Shown here piece by piece: positions 63,014 to 64,000 of a stretch of DNA of 64,000 nt (position 1 is the stretch's first letter; each line of letters begins with the position of its first letter). The DNA comes from Desulfobacteraceae bacterium (GTDB taxonomy: Bacteria; Desulfobacterota; Desulfobacteria; Desulfobacterales; JAABSP01): positions 4,960 to 68,959 of the forward strand of contig JAABTM010000002.1 of the NCBI GenBank assembly GCA_011389855.1. Reading direction: 5' to 3'. Made by a program: the position numbers and the translations under genes. The notes under the pieces were generated by a model that searched no databases, was not told where the DNA came from, and saw only the letters and a program-made list of their open reading frames with translations.

Positions 63014-63637
63014 TCAACTCCTTTCAGACGCGGCGTCTTCGGGGAAACGGACGATCATTTCCGCCACGGTCATGCGAACCCGCTCCGACGCCGAAAGCGA
63101 TGTCCGAAGCGATTTTTCCAGCCGGGCCATTTCCGTATAAAACGGGGTACGGTCGAAGGGGATGTAGGGTTTGTCCCCGGCGGTCCGGGTGAAAACGTCG
63201 CATCCCGGCCCCCGCACGGCCCCGCCGCCGGGCCGGCGCAGCTCGTGGGCCAGGCCATGGAGGCGGCAGATCATGGGGCGGCGGGGGTAGAGCCGGCACC
63301 ATCCGTCCACATTTACCGGACACATGATCCGAACCGGTTCTCCTTTGTTTTCGGCCTCGGCGGTCCGCCGGATGACGCTTTCCGCCTGTTGGCGCGCCGA
63401 TTGCCGCTCCGGTTCCGGCAGTTCACGGAATCCGTCCCACAAATAGAGATACTCCGCGAGGGTATGATGGTGGAACCGGGTCAGGCAGCAGTTCTCCTCG
63501 CATCCCTCGCAGTGGAATCCATACTGGGCGGCGACGCGCTCGTATTCGCGGTCCATATCGGCAAACAAGGCCCGGAGCCGGTCCATGAAAGGCGCGCACC
63601 GGTCGGGCTGACGGATGATATCGTTCAGAAGGTTCAC
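63014..63637 (-). CDS. YkgJ-like cysteine-cluster protein, copy E (CxxCxxCC subtype, paralog of copy B)
   Basis: FHCEGCEENCC plus MCPVNVDGWCRLYPRRPMICRLHG. The stop abuts the copy-D start with no gap. Start is uncertain (GTG 63637 or ATG 63586); the track extension to 63787 overlaps fdhD. Confidence 0.7.
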   Translation of the reverse strand: MNLLNDIIRQPDRCAPFMDRLRALFADMDREYERVAAQYGFHCEGCEENCCLTRFHHHTLAEYLYLWDGFRELPEPERQSARQQAESVIRRTAEAENKGEPVRIMCPVNVDGWCRLYPRRPMICRLHGLAHELRRPGGGAVRGPGCDVFTRTAGDKPYIPFDRTPFYTEMARLEKSLRTSLSASERVRMTVAEMIVRFPEDAASERS

Positions 63638-63713
63638 TCCACCGCCAGGGCGGTTTTGGGGCCGTACACAAGATAGGCCAAATTGTCGGTGGAATAGCGG
63701 AACTGGGCGACGT

Positions 63714-64000
63714 TCATGAAGCCTCCGTGGGGTTTCCCTGGAATCGCTCTTTTCCACAGAAAATAAACAAGCCTTCTCCTTTGGCAAGACAGGCCAGCGT
63801 CATGTTGAGGGAAGCGGCCAGCTCCACGGCCAGGGCGGTGGGCCGGGAGACGGCCAGAAAGATCGGAATCCGGGCCCGGGCCGCTTTCTGGACCAGTTCG
63901 TAGCTGATCCGGGAGGACATGACCAGCACCTTGGCCCGATCCAGCTCTTTTTCCAGGAAAAGCCGGCCGATAGTTTTGTCCAGGGCGTTGTGCCGGCCCA
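63714..64000 (-). CDS. fdhD: formate dehydrogenase accessory sulfurtransferase FdhD, C-terminal part (5' end beyond the window)
   Basis: The frame is open to the window edge. GRHNALDKTIGRLF...VLVMSSRISYELVQKAARARIPIFLAVSRPTALAVELA matches the FdhD C-terminal signature. Confidence 0.8.
   Translation of the reverse strand, partial: GRHNALDKTIGRLFLEKELDRAKVLVMSSRISYELVQKAARARIPIFLAVSRPTALAVELAASLNMTLACLAKGEGLFIFCGKERFQGNPTEAS

Overview
Visibly GC-rich chromosomal segment with about 60 genes. It is mostly housekeeping, and the gene content suggests an anaerobic deltaproteobacterium/Desulfobacterota-type organism: pilC-pilS, an iron-sulfur flavoprotein, a ferredoxin-nitroreductase, fdhD and many Cys-cluster proteins. 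That taxonomic call is inference only. Gene order, left to right: a 5'-truncated hypothetical gene; rng-yajC-secD-secF-dprA-topA; a five-gene peptide/nickel-type ABC importer followed by a Uma2 nuclease and a small lipoprotein; an SLC13/TrkA-C permease; pilC-pilS; panC; a co-directional block of sensor adenylate cyclase, SAM methyltransferase, a 1272-aa TLC/MFS-HEAT fusion and a stand-alone cNMP-binding protein; an AT-richer mazEF islet; a carbon-storage/glycerol block (GT4 glycogen-synthase-like, glpD, glpK, gpmI, glgA) whose intergenic regions hold two families of palindromic repeats; a ferredoxin-nitroreductase and an Isf-like flavoprotein; a minus-strand run of MFS, acnA, DedA-FAD oxidoreductase fusion, coiled-coil protein and HD hydrolase; a small-protein/PilZ/GT2 cluster; a dGTPase-like HD protein; a patatin-like lipase; and the conserved rpmH-rnpA-yidD-yidC-jag-mnmE cluster. 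That last cluster is flanked on both sides by PF03692-type (CxxCxxCC/YkgJ-like) cysteine-cluster genes, and the window ends in a nest of three more such genes plus an SDR and a partial fdhD. I saw no rRNA, tRNA, CRISPR array, integrase or transposase. No canonical defence island is evident. The most unusual content is: (i) the cyclase/TLC-HEAT/cNMP block, (ii) the five-fold expansion and clustering of Cys-cluster proteins, (iii) a 145-nt inverted-repeat element upstream of rpmH together with an rnpA that has no canonical start codon, and (iv) structured repeat families with compensatory substitutions. All functional calls come from motif recognition by eye. No database search was run.
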